A DNA stretch of 64,000 nucleotides from Eledone cirrhosa. Taxonomy: Eukaryota. Made by a program: the position numbers and the translations under genes. The notes beneath the pieces are model-generated. The model was given only the letters and a program-made list of their open reading frames with translations, searched no databases and was not told where the DNA came from. Position 1 is the first letter of the stretch, and every line of letters starts with the position of its first letter. Below are positions 1-14,185 of the stretch, piece by piece. The DNA is taken from assembly GCA_964016885.1 (NCBI GenBank), contig CAXHJY010000899.1, positions 1 through 64,000 on the forward strand, in the 5' to 3' direction.

Positions 1-87
<87 letters not shown>

Positions 88-96
88 TATATATAT

Positions 97-187
<91 letters not shown>

Positions 188-189
188 AT
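1..189. repeat. (TA)n microsatellite
   Basis: Near-pure TA dinucleotide run. Confidence 0.95.
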
Positions 190-290
190 AGAGCATTTAT
201 TCCAATTTCTAATTTCTGCCGGACCGGCAACCGCTCTTTCAAACCAGTTACTGTACACAGCTAAGTATTCTATAAGTCTCTAGCTGTGTC

Positions 291-379
291 ATTCTCGATA
301 AAAGCACTGGATATGTAGTCCTGATGATTTCTAACAAGAATGAAACGCGTAGATTACTTCCCTTGCTTTTATCGAGAAT
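291..379 (+). ncRNA. Type I hammerhead ribozyme, copy 1
   Basis: Stem I GTAGTC/GATTAC extended by a perfect 16-bp ATTCTCGATAAAAGCA/TGCTTTTATCGAGAAT; core CTGATGA at 321; stem II TTCT-AACA-AGAA; GAAA at 342; palindromic ACGCGT stem III; predicted cleavage after GUA (A351). Confidence 0.88.
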
Positions 380-600
380 CTAATTGTAATACGTGACGTA
401 TTCTATTCTATAGCGATTAGGTCTTCAAAATGTTTATTATAAACATACAGAGTATTTTCGAATATTCTATGTCTATATTCACATATATATCGCTATTTCA
501 GAGCATTTATTCCAATTTCTAATTTCTGCCGGACCGGCAACCGCTCTTTCAAACCAGTTACTGTACACAGCTAAGTATTCTATAAGTCTCTAGCTGTGTC

Positions 601-689
601 ATTCTCGATAAAAGCACTGGATATGTAGTCCTGATGATTTCTAACAAGAATGAAACGCGTAGATTACTTCCCTTGCTTTTATCGAGAAT
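601..689 (+). ncRNA. Type I hammerhead ribozyme, copy 2
   Basis: Same sequence as copy 1, +310; predicted cleavage after 661. Confidence 0.88.
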
Positions 690-910
690 CTAATTGTAAT
701 ACGTGACGTATTCTATTCTATAGCGATTAGGTCTTCAAAATGTTTATTATAAACATACAGAGTATTTTCGAATATTCTATGTCTATATTCACATATATAT
801 CGCTATTTCAGAGCATTTATTCCAATTTCTAATTTCTGCCGGACCGGCAACCGCTCTTTCAAACCAGTTACTGTACACAGCTAAGTATTCTATAAGTCTC
901 TAGCTGTGTC

Positions 911-999
911 ATTCTCGATAAAAGCACTGGATATGTAGTCCTGATGATTTCTAACAAGAATGAAACGCGTAGATTACTTCCCTTGCTTTTATCGAGAAT
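911..999 (+). ncRNA. Type I hammerhead ribozyme, copy 3
   Basis: Same sequence as copy 1, +620; predicted cleavage after 971. Confidence 0.88.
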
Positions 1000-1220
1000 C
1001 TAATTGTAATACGTGACGTATTCTATTCTATAGCGATTAGGTCTTCAAAATGTTTATTATAAACATACAGAGTATTTTCGAATATTCTATGTCTATATTC
1101 ACATATATATCGCTATTTCAGAGCATTTATTCCAATTTCTAATTTCTGCCGGACCGGCAACCGCTCTTTCAAACCAGTTACTGTACACAGCTAAGTATTC
1201 TATAAGTCTCTAGCTGTGTC

Positions 1221-1309
1221 ATTCTCGATAAAAGCACTGGATATGTAGTCCTGATGATTTCTAACAAGAATGAAACGCGTAGATTACTTCCCTTGCTTTT
1301 ATCGAGAAT
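1221..1309 (+). ncRNA. Type I hammerhead ribozyme, copy 4
   Basis: Same sequence as copy 1, +930; predicted cleavage after 1281. Confidence 0.88.
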
Positions 1310-1446
1310 CTAATTGTAATACGTGACGTATTCTATTCTATAGCGATTAGGTCTTCAAAATGTTTATTATAAACATACAGAGTATTTTCGAATATTCTAT
1401 GTCTATATTCACATATATATCGCTATTTCAGAGCATTTATTCCAAT

Positions 1447-3195
<1,749 letters not shown>

Positions 3196-4079
3196 TGTAT
3201 GTAAAAGGTAAACAGAAACAACAACACAAACGGTACAGTATATGGAAGGTATATATTAGTTTAACGCGAGAGAGAGAGAGGGGGGGGAGACAGGTAGAGA
3301 GAGGGGGGCAGACAGGTGTAGAGAGGGGGGGCAGACAGGTAGAGAGAGAGGGGGGAGACGGACAGACAGAGAAAGAAAAGGAACTTTCAAATGCCTACAA
3401 TAAAATTTCCATTTGACAAATATATTCCTAGAAATAGTTGCCGTATCTATGTAAGTCATATATGAGTGACGAGAGCCAGTATATTCGCACTAAGAACACT
3501 TATCATTACTGTTTAACAATTTATTATCAGTTTGATGAAGTATCCTTGGACACGAAACTCCTGGCCCTCAAATCACTAATATAACAGTTCCACAGCTATA
3601 ATTAAATATATATCTCACACTACCCATGTACTGAATTCTGTTTCAGCCCCCCCCCCCTCCACACACACACACAGTATACCAAACTAACCTCGCCTCCGCC
3701 CATATGATCTCTTTTAAGAGCTAATATAGCACCAGATAGTTGGCATTAAACAGTGAAACGTGGACGGCGGAAGGTGATCATTACCGCCACCACCACTATC
3801 ACCATCATCACTATCATCATAATCATTACAACCATTAACAAAAGCAACAACAATAATAATGATAATCATCATAATAATAACAAATAGCAGCAGCAGGAAT
3901 GGCCTGTTGTTGCATCATAACATTTGCCAGAATAGACAGAAGAAATTAGGCTAAACAAGAAGAATATGGTGCAGTGAAAGAGGGCGGAACTGAGGGAGTT
4001 TGAAGGCAACGACCTCAAACTAGGTCTGAAATAGTTTTGGCACGTGTGGGGGAGTGTTATGGATGTGAATGTCAGTGAG

Positions 4080-4800
4080 AATGTGCGCGTAGTTATGTGT
4101 GTAAGTGTGCGCGTTGTGTGTAAGTGGCGCGTTTTTATGTCTGTGTGTGCGTTTTTATGTCTGTGTGCGCGTTTTTGTGTTCGTGTGCGCGTTTTTATGT
4201 TCGTCTGCGCGTTTTTATGTTCGTGTGCACGCTTTTATGTCTATATGTGCGCGCTTTTATGTGTATGTGTGCACGTTTTTATTTATGCGTGTACGTCTTC
4301 TTTGTATGCGCTGGTACGTGTACATTTTGTATGTTTGCGTACGCATTTGTGTGTATGCGTGTATGTTTTGTAAATCCGTGCACGCGTGGGTTTTGTACTT
4401 ATGAAGTTTTATGTATGCTTATGCGCTTTTCGTAGATATACGTGTGCATTATGTGGGATTTTGTATATGCGCGTGTGGACACTCACCATATGTGTACGTA
4501 TTTTTGTATACGTGCGTTTGCGCATGTACTTTCGAATGTGTGCGTGCTTTTTTATGTGTGTGTGCGTGTACTTTCGAATGTGTGCGTGCTTTTTTATGTG
4601 TGCATGTGTGTGTGTATGTTTGTATGTGAGCGTATGTTCTTTTGTATGTGTGCGCGAGTTTTTTATTTGTTATTTTTGTATGTGTGCGTGAGCGCTTTTT
4701 TTTATGCAGTGTGCGTGTGTGTTTTGTGTGTCATTGGGCGTGTTTTACATATATATGCGGGTGCGTTTTTGTCTCTGTTAGCGGGGATGTTAGCATGTTT
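4080..4800. repeat. Degenerate TG/TGCG-rich low-complexity repeat
   Basis: Recurrent GTGTGCGCGTTTTTATGT-like ~20-bp units. Confidence 0.8.
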
Positions 4801-6015
4801 ATCTGTATGCGAGTGGGAGGAGGAACTACGCCCTTCTTTCCACCACACCCATCGCGAGGAAACCCCTACGTGGTCACGTCGCCTACTAGAAATCACAGTC
4901 AAATCTCATTTAAACGACCCAAAGTATATGATGCCTGAAAAAAAAAAGATGGGAATGCCATGACTGAAATGCTTTTGATCATAGGTCAGCTCGGTCAGGC
5001 ATGACCTGGGTTAAACAATAACTACTACTACTACCCCCAAAAGATGGACACACTTATTTTCATATAGTTAAAAGAAATAAAGGAGGAGGAGGGAGGTAGC
5101 AACACAGAAGAGGGCGGGGCGTAAGCAAATCAAGTGAGGAAAAGAATGTTATGCTAACAGAAAACACCCAGCTGACGAATAGAAAAGGAAGAGGAGGTAA
5201 CAGGAAAAGAGAGTAGATAGTTGGAAGAGAGAGAGAGAGATAGAATAAGAAGTGACGTAACATAGGTAAAAATGTACAGAGAGAGTGTTGAAAGAGGGGA
5301 GATAATGATTATAATCAGAGGAGGAAAACAGTGATCATATAAGTGTCTTGTTTAACGCCAGGTCAGCTCTGATCCAGTAGTCCTATTATCAAAGACGTTC
5401 CAGCCATGACAATAATGGAAGGTTTTTTATCCCCTCAGACACATGACAATATTATCAAATGTGCTCTTCTTCCTTTCAAAATAATATTGAGGTGTTATTT
5501 AAAGGAGACTTCATTGCCAATTTTAGCAGATCGAGAATTGTTCAAGGAAGCTTCCTATGTGTGTGTGAGGTATTTATAGAAAGTGAACAAAGAATATTGA
5601 CGTGTAGGTAGGAGTTACACCCATGTGTATGTATGAGAGAGAGAGAGACAGAGACAGAGGAATACAAATATGAGAGAAGCACACAGAATGGAGTGTAACA
5701 AGTGGATGGAGTAATTAAGAGAGAGAGAAAGAAAGAGATTGATAAAAAAAAAAAAAAAAAAGGAAATGAGATGACAATGAAGAAAGAAAGGTAACGAAAT
5801 ACCCAAGTGGATAAAACAAAGTGACATTTTTATTAAGAAGTTGCAGGTTCGAGTTCTGTTCGGGGCTCGTATTTGTCAAACAGTAAGAGCAGTACAAAAG
5901 AGGAAACTGCTACTATTGTTGTTTAGTCACGTATTTTCCTAAACCGAGCAGTCCTATGATCAAAGGCATTCTAAGCATGACCAACCCATCTTATTTTCAA
6001 ACATGGTATAATAAT

Positions 6016-6222
6016 TATTTCTACTATAGGCACAAGACCAGCAATATTGGAAGAGGGGGAAAGTTGATATAATCGATCCTAGTACATGACGTGTTTTATT
6101 TTTATCGACTCCGTAAGGATGAAAGGCAAAGCTAACCCCGGCGGGATTTGAACTTGGGGTGTAAAGGGCCATAACTCTATGCTACAAATCATAGTATCTG
6201 AGGCTCTATTGATACTGCCATT
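6016..6222 (-). mobile_element. tRNA-derived SINE with Nin/Deu-like central domain
   Basis: Reverse complement of B-box GTTCAAATCC plus GCCTTTCATCCTTACGGAGTCGATAAA. Confidence 0.8.
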
Positions 6223-6677
6223 GGGTCCACATTGTCGAATGTCTTTCTTTTTTTTAAATGGTATGTGTACGATTTGAAGAAGATTTAGCTGCTAATTCTA
6301 GCAGGTCGAGCAACTATGTAAAGACTCCTCCGTTTGATTCATCAAAAGCAAGAAGAATGTGTACTCCTGGTGACACAATTACTCTTGTGATATAGGTGTA
6401 AACTAGTAACACAGTTGTACATGTAACAGGTAAGTGTATAGCTTCTAACAGTTGCACTTCCTGCGACATTCCCTTAAACTGACACAGTTGTGCCTCATGT
6501 AACATAGATGCCCTTAAACTGACACAGCTGTGCCTCATGTAACATAGCTGCCCTTGAATTGTCACAGCTGTACCTCCTGTGACATAGGTGCCTTTAATCT
6601 GTCACAGCTGTAACTCCTGCCACATAGATGCATTTAAGCTGACACAGCTGTACCTGCTATGACAAAGATGCCCTTAA

Positions 6678-7086
6678 CCCTTTAGCATTTAAACCGGCCG
6701 TATCCGGCCAGAATTCTCTCACCTCTTTCTGTTCAAACCAGCTGTAACTGGCCACTCATACCAATGTTAAGGTATTGTTCTCAAAATAAATAAATGTTTC
6801 TACTTTTGGCACAAGGCCAGCAATTACCCAGTGCATTACTGGTACTTTATTTTATCGACCCCGTAAGGATGAAAGGCAAAGTCAACCTCGGCGGGATTTG
6901 AACTCAGATCGTAAAGGGACGTAACTATGCTGGAAAGCATAGCGTCCGACCCTCTACCGATACTGCCAATCCACCATTCTCAAAATAAATAATATCAAAA
7001 TCTCATAGATTTGATATTATGTAAAATAATTATATTTTACCGTGAAAATACAATAGTAAATATTGAGTAATGTAAATGCTAAAGGG
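6678..7086. mobile_element. piggyBac-type MITE (family A) containing a SINE
   Basis: TTAA|CCCTTTAGCATTTA ... TAAATGCTAAAGGG|TTAA terminal inverted repeats with TTAA target duplication. Confidence 0.85.
6794..6976 (-). mobile_element. Nin/Deu-like tRNA SINE nested in the MITE
   Basis: 16-bp TSD TTCTCAAAATAAATAA at 6778-6793 and 6977-6992; A and B boxes on the minus strand. Confidence 0.88.
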
Positions 7087-8049
7087 TTAAATTGACTTAG
7101 TTGTACCTCATGTGATACAGACACCTTTAATTTGACACAGTTGTACCTACTGTGATATAGATGCCCCTAATCTGTCACAGATGTATCTCCTGTCACATAA
7201 ATGCATTTAAACTGACAGTTGTACTTCTAAGGATACAGATGTACCTCTGAGTTGTGAAGATATACATCTGGTGATACAGATGTACATCTGATAACAAAGG
7301 GTGGCTCATATATACATCTTGTACCTCCAGAAACATGTACTTGTGATGATACATGGTGGTTCAGATAAACATCTGGTAATATAGTTGTACTGATGGTACA
7401 TGATAGCAAAGATGTACCCCTTGAGTCACAGATCTACCTATTGGGACAATTATGTACCAACAGAGAAACCTATGCACCTACACTGACATACATGTAACTA
7501 TGGTGGCATTTATGTACCTTGAGGAATAAATGTACATATGAGGCACAGAGGTAATTTTGAGGATACCTATAGTGTTACAAATGTAACTGTAACAATACAG
7601 CTTTACTTTTAGTAAATGTAACTCACATTTAGCAAATAAATTGTCAGAATCGTTACAGTGTAGAACAAAATATTTTGTGATACTTGATCTTGTTCACTGT
7701 GCTTTGAGTTCAAATCCCATGGAGTTCAATTCTGTCTTTCAACCTTTCAAGGTTCAATAAAACAAAGTAGCAGTCCACATGGTATAATGGCATTACGCAT
7801 ATAATGGCATAATCAAAGCATATCACATGGGATAACACGGAAAAGTCGGCAAAGTACCCAACACATGTAGTAAATAAATCACTCAATGGTTCATACCCTT
7901 GCCTTTCTGGCATAATAAGGCAATGGAGGATCGCATTAGCTAGACATGTGAAATGTCACAATGAACCTACGGGTATTTTTTTCTGGAAACCAGATGTATG
8001 CAGATGAGTTAGAAGACCAAACATCAACCTGAAGGATGTTCTTGAAGAT

Positions 8050-8185
8050 AATTGTTTCTACTTTTGGCACAAAGCCAGCAATTATCCCAGTGTATTACTA
8101 GTACTTTATTTTATCGACCCCATAAGGATGAAAGGCAAAGTTAACCTCAGCGGAATTTGAACTCAGACCATAAAGGGCTGTAAAT
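8050..8185 (-). mobile_element. Nin/Deu-like SINE fragment
   Basis: TGTTTCTACTTTTGGCAC...GGATGAAAGGCAAAGTTAACC...TTTGAACTCAG. Confidence 0.75.
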
Positions 8186-8404
8186 GCCAGGTTGGAGTTA
8201 AGGGAACTTCAGACAGCAATGCTGGACAGATTTAATCTAGTCCTTGGGTGCCTTTAGCAGAGACCACTGTTAGTTAAAGAAAAACTTCCCTGAAAAAGGG
8301 TCATTTCATTAATGAGAGAGGTGACAAAGGACAATATAGTTGTGATGATCGATGAAACATGATACATAAGTAGGATGTGTAATAACACAATTGTATGTAC
8401 AATA

Positions 8405-8960
8405 GCTGGTGCCACAATAAAATACACCCAGTCCATACTGTAAAGTGGTAGTGTTGGTGCCACAATAAAATGCACCCAGTCTACATTGTAGAGTGGTAGT
8501 GCGGCAGCCACAAAACACCCAGTCCATACTGTAAAGTGGTAGTAGTGTTGTTGCCATAATAAAATGCACCCAGTCTACATTGTAGAGTGGTAGTGCTGGT
8601 GCCACGATAAAACACACCCAGTCCACACTGTAAAGTGGTAGTGCGGCAGCCACAAAACACCCAGTCCATACTGTAAAGTGGTAGTGTTGGTGCCACAATA
8701 AAATGCACCCAGTCTACATTGTAGAGTGGTAGTGCTGGTGCCACGATAAAACACACACTGTAAAGTGGTAGTGCTGCAGCCACAAAAAAAAAAAACATTC
8801 ACAGAGCCCATACTGTAATATGGTAGAGCTAGTAGTACAAAAAGAAGTACCTTGTCAACTCTGTCTAATGGTAGTGGAGGTGCCTCAAAAAGAGCTCCCA
8901 GTACAAGCTGTAAAGTGATAGGCATTAGGAAGGGTATCCAGTCCTAGCAAACCAAGCTAA
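8405..8960 (+). repeat. ~48-bp tandem repeat related to the SINE/RTE 3' tail
   Basis: GGTGCCACAATAAAATGCACCCAGTCCACACTGTAAAGTGGTAGTGCT-like units ending in GGCATTAGGAAGGGTATCCAG. Confidence 0.8.
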
Positions 8961-10233
8961 ACAAATAGTCACCTGACCTGTCTAGCTCCATAACTGTGAC
9001 ATGACAGCCCATTAAATGATGGTAATAATGGTGGTGATGAACCCCAGGTAATTCAGCCAACTTACATTTGGTGACATCTGTATGTGTTAGTATGTTCAGT
9101 ATGTTCAGTGAGAGTGTTGAGAACAATGACGGATGACAATACACCTTTGATAACAGTCAACAGATGACATATAAGCATGATTCTTATATCTAAAGAGACT
9201 TGGTTGTATATCAGCAGACACAAACCTTTGATGATACAGGTGGTGTACATTCATTTAGGTGGACTAAAGAGATACAATTTTATATACAGCAGACAAAAAC
9301 CTTTGGTGACATAGGTGGTGAACATACATTAGGTGGAAGATTGAAAAAGGGATCAGAGTGTAGGACAAAAAGATTTGTGTTATTTGTTGCAGCTCTCTGC
9401 ATTCTGAGTTGAAATTCTGCTTGATGATACTTATATCTAAAGTGACACAACTGTATATATACATCTAACACAAACCTCTAGTGATTTAGGTATGGTACAT
9501 CTGGTGATATCTGTATATGTGTCAGTATGTTCAGTGAGAGTGTTGACAATAACGAGGACATATGACAACAATGTACCTTTGATAACAGTTGACAGATGAC
9601 ACATAAGCATTACTTATATCTAACACAAACCTTTGGTCATTCAGGCTGTGTACTGATTGGTGTACATTAGGTGAAAAAATTGGCAAAATGATCAAAGTGT
9701 AGCACAAAATAACTATGTTCCAAGTTCAAATCCTGTTTGGTGTCAGCTTTGTTTTTCATCCTTTCAGTGCTGAAGTACAAGTCCAGTGCAGTGGAAAGGT
9801 AGACTGTAAGAGGATCGGACAAGATGCCTTCCTTGCAGTATTTGTTCCAGTTCTTTGCATTCTGAGTTCAAATACTGCTGTGGATTGCTTGAATGGTACC
9901 AAAGTAGTACTAGTAGTAGAAGTAATTTGTTCAGCATGTGTACATCTAAATGTAATACTCAGGGAGATTCACCACCATGTATTCATTTAAATATAATTGG
10001 CCACCTGATCACTGGGTGTCCTGAGCAGAGTCTATTTCTGTGGTAAGTATTTGGAGGAAGGAGAGATGACAGTCAGGTCTTCCATATTTTAGGATACCTT
10101 TCCCCTCTCTCATCCAACCCCTACCCTTCAGTCTCTGAGGTGTTAAAAAGGGGTCATGGGCACTACACTTCCCTCTCTGACTTAACTGTATGTGTCACAT
10201 ATAGATCAATGTAAGTAATGACAGCTGCCAGGG

Positions 10234-10234
<1 letters not shown>

Positions 10235-10315
<81 letters not shown>

Positions 10316-10331
10316 TGTGTGTGTGTGTGTG
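10235..10331. repeat. (TG)n microsatellite
   Basis: Direct reading. Confidence 0.95.
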
Positions 10332-10464
10332 TCATATTTTCTACGCTAGCATGGGTATTATGTATGACACTATAAAAAAGAAGGTTGCTCATAAAACTAA
10401 ATGGTACAATGTGTTTAACACCAATAAGAAGTTAGGATGTATATATAGTCTATGGCTGGAGGGC

Positions 10465-11150
10465 TGTTGTTGTTGTTGGTATAGTGTGGTTGTTGTTATT
10501 ATTATAGTGTTGTTGTTGTTGTTGGTATAGTGTGGTTGTTGTTATTATTATAGTGTTGTTGTTGGTATAGTGTGGTTGTTATTATTATAGTGTTGTTGTT
10601 GGTATAGTGTGGTTGTTATTATTATAGTGTTGTTGTTGGTATAGTGTGGTTGTTATTATTATAGTGTTGTTGTTGATATAGTGTGGTTGTTGCTATTATT
10701 ATAGTGTTGTTGATATAGTGTGGTTGTTGCTATTATTATAGTGTCGTTGTTGTTGTAGTGTCGTTGTTGTTGTTATAGTGTTATTATATAGTGTTGTTGT
10801 TGATATAGTGTTGTTATAGTGTCGTTGTTGTTATAGTGTTGTTATTATATAGTGTTGTTGTTGATATAGTGTCGTTATAGTGTCGCTGTTATAGTGTTGT
10901 TGATATGGTGTGGTTGATGTTGATATAGTGTTTTTGTTATAGTGTTGTTGTTGTTGATATAGTGTTGTTATAGTGTTGTTGTTGTTGATATAGTGTTGTT
11001 ATAGTGTTGTTGTTTTTTTATAGTGTTGTTAACAATGTTGTTATTGTTGATATAGTGTTGTTGTTAAAACAATATTGTTATTGTTGCCAGGTTGACATAT
11101 TTACAGTTGATTGATAAGCTGTTGTTGTTGTTGTTGTTATATGTCCTGTT
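10465..11150. repeat. Compound (TTG)n/TATAGTG repeat
   Basis: Direct reading. Confidence 0.9.
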
Positions 11151-11564
11151 GTCATTGTTGATATTGTCACTAATGTGCTGCTGCTGCTGCTGCTGCTGCT
11201 AAAATTTGGGAAAGAGGAGCCATCCAACTCTTCCAGCAAATAATAGATGCCATGAGGTGGTTGCCTGGTTTGTTTATGGGTGAAATATTGGAAAGAGGAG
11301 GAGAGATCGATGAAAAGTTAGGATGGTGATGTGGATGGCTCTAATAACAAACTCAATGCCATGAAGAGACAACAAAACTACTGAGAGGGGGTGGGGGTTA
11401 ATGGGAAAATGATGTAGAGGAGGGAAGTTTGGTAATGGAATTATAACAATCTTCAGATTACACAAATTACACGAATTCAAAAACTCCCAAAATTAAATTT
11501 AAAAAAAAGCAACTTTAAATTACAAACATCCATCCTGTAAGGGAGAGAGTAAGATTCTACATAA

Positions 11565-12962
11565 TAGGGTGGTGGTAATGGTGGTGGCTGGGACGATGGT
11601 AGTGGTGGTGGTGGTAGTGACGATGATAGTGGTGGTGACGATGGTGGTGGTGGTGGTGGTAGTGACAATGGTGGTGGTGGTGGTGGTGGTAGTGACAATG
11701 GTGGTGGTGGTGGTGGTGGTGGTGGTGACGATGGTGGTGGTGGTCGTGGTTGTGACGGTGGTGCGATGGTAGTGACGATGGTGGTGATGGTGGCGGTGGT
11801 GATAACTGTGGTGGTGGTGGTGCGTGGACTGGTAATAATACATGTTCGAGATGGTGGAGGTAATAGTTGTGACATGTCAGGATGATAGCAATTGTTGTAT
11901 TGGTTGAGGTGACAGTGGTGGTCATGATGACAGTGGTGTTGTGGTGTTGTGGTGTTGCTGCTGGTGGTGATAATTGCTGGTATGAATGGTGATGGAATTT
12001 AATGGTGATGGTGGTGCCAGTGGTGGTGCCAGTGGTGGTGCCAGTGGTAATGCAATTTGATAGTAGTAGAAGTGATGGAGATGGTGGCAATGTTAATGGT
12101 GGCGATGCAAAGTAATGGTAGAAGAGGAAGTGGTGGCGGTGATGGTGGTGTGATGCAAGTGGTGGGTGTGTTGTTGATGATAGTTGTGGTGATGGTGTTG
12201 ATGACGGTGGCTGTGATGCAGGTGGTGGCGGCGGTGGTGTTGATGATAGTGGCAGTGGTACAGGTGGTGTTGGCGGTGGTGATGGCGGTGGCTGTGATAT
12301 AGGTGGTGGTGGCTTTGATATAGGTGGTGGTGGCTGTGATGGTGGCAGTGGTACAGGTGGTGGTGGCGGTGGTGATGGCGGTGGCTGTGATATAGGTGGT
12401 GGTGGCGGTGGTGATGGCGGTGGCTGTGATATAGGTGGTGGTGGCTTTGATGATGGTGGCAGTGGTACAGGTGGTGGTGGCGGTGGTGATGGCGGTGGCT
12501 GTGATATAGGTGGTGGTGGCTTTGATGATGGTGGCAGTGGTACAGGTGGTGGTGGCGGTGGTGATGACGGTGGCTGTGATGCAAGTGGTGGTGGTTTTTG
12601 TGTTGTTGGTGATGATGATGGTGGCAGTGATAAAGGTGGTGGTTATGATGGAGGGGTAATAATGATGGTTGCTGTGATACAGGTGGTGGCGATGGTGATG
12701 ATGATGGTGGCAGTGATACAGGTGGTGGTGATGGTGATGGTGGTGGTGGCAGTGATACAGGTGGTGGTGATGGTGGCAGTGATACAGGTGGTGGTGATGG
12801 TGATGGTGGTGGTGGCAGTGATACAGGTGGTGGTGATGGTGGCAGTGATACAGGTGGTGGTGATGGTGATGATGGTGGTGGCAGTGATACAGGTGGTGGT
12901 GATGGTGGCAGTGATACAGGTGGTGGTGATGGTGGCAGTGATACAGGTGGTGGTAGTGGTGG
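11565..12962. repeat. GGT/GAT-rich compound trinucleotide minisatellite
   Basis: GGTGGCAGTGATACAGGTGGTGGTGAT-type units; ORFs here are poly-P/H/T/V. Confidence 0.9.
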
Positions 12963-14085
12963 AAGACTATTGTTCATAATTTAAACTGGAAGAGATTTAT
13001 AATGGCACTTTTTGTCTATTTATAATTCCATCTCTTCCTTTCAATCACCACCACACCACCGTCTCCACCACACCACCGTCTCCACCACCTCTAGAGGAAG
13101 AGAAAGAGTTAGGTAGGGGGCGTCGAGGGAAAGACCTGTTAAGCTATTTTGCTCTACTACTACTACTACTAAACGCTGCTGCAATTGATAGAAACTGCAC
13201 TAGAAACATAATATTACCATTACTATAAGAAAAATGCAGTGTTGCTTGAGTTGGCGGTGGTGGTGGTGGTGGTAGTGAGGGGAGTTGTGATAGTGGTCGT
13301 GGAGGTGGCGATGATATGTTTTTGTTGTTGCGGTGGTGATGGTGGTAATAATGAGGTTTATATTGTGGTGGTGATGAGTTGTGAAATAGGGGACGGAAAG
13401 GGAGTAGTAAGTGGTAGGTAGGAAGAAAGAAAGAAAGAAAGAAAAAAAAAAAAAAAATACATTGATGCGAGGGGAAAATGAAGGGCAGGAAAAAAAAAAC
13501 AAGGGTGGAGAGAGAGAGCGGTGTAGTGAAAGAGTTAGGGGTAAGTATTAGGGAAGGGACGAGAATGATAACAACCACAGGCTGAGATAGAGGGTGTAAA
13601 CATCTAAATAGTCCTGGCAGAGACGAGAGAAACAGAGAGAAAGAGAGAGAGGGCGGAGATAGCAGTTTTTATATAAACAATGTCATATTCATGTGATGAG
13701 AGAACAAGACACCTTCAAAGAGTCGTAAAAGTATTTTCCAAACCATCTTAGTTTACACACACACACACACAACTATCTTTTCTCCCATCCCCTCTTTCAT
13801 GATATCTGGTAAACTCCTGAAATGTTACACCACTATCTCTCTCTCTCTTTCTTTCCTTCTTATCTGGATGGATAGATAGTTAGAGTTCTAGTCCTTTATA
13901 TATAAAAGTTTCTATATTATATAAAATAAAAAAGCCTATAATTTATCAACGTATTGGGAACCTTTTTTAACAGGGTATTTCTCGATTCCCATCGGGGCTT
14001 CACCCTAAATGATATATATATATATATATATAAATAATAGTAGAACACTGGTGGGTTATATCCGTAATAGTAGAGCACATATACA

Positions 14086-14185
14086 TAGGGTGTCCCCAAA
14101 AAATGTATACACCTTTTGATTACCTGTACAGGCAATATTTATTAAAATGATGTTGAAGTGTGTACACATTTTTGGAAACACCCTG
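14086..14185. mobile_element. Tc1/mariner-type MITE
   Basis: AGGGTGTCCCCAAAAAATGTATACAC ... GTGTACACATTTTTGGAAACACCCTG|TA; related copy near 52496-52566. Confidence 0.7.

Larger units (their letters stand above)
190..1446 (+). mobile_element. 310-bp x4 tandem array with one hammerhead ribozyme per unit (non-LTR retrozyme / Penelope-type repeat)
   Basis: GAGCATTTATTCCAAT recurs at 191, 501, 811, 1121 and 1431; units look identical by eye; flanked by (TA)n on both sides. Confidence 0.88.
6420..7230. repeat. Degenerate 41-bp minisatellite interrupted by a MITE
   Basis: CCCTTAAACTGACACAGCTGTGCCTCATGTAACATAGATG-like units on both sides of 6678-7086. Confidence 0.75.

Noticed and set aside
11477-12979. 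Pro/His/Thr-rich extensin- or mucin-like ORFs
   Set aside because: Open in several frames because of GGT/ACC triplet repeats; no splice or domain evidence
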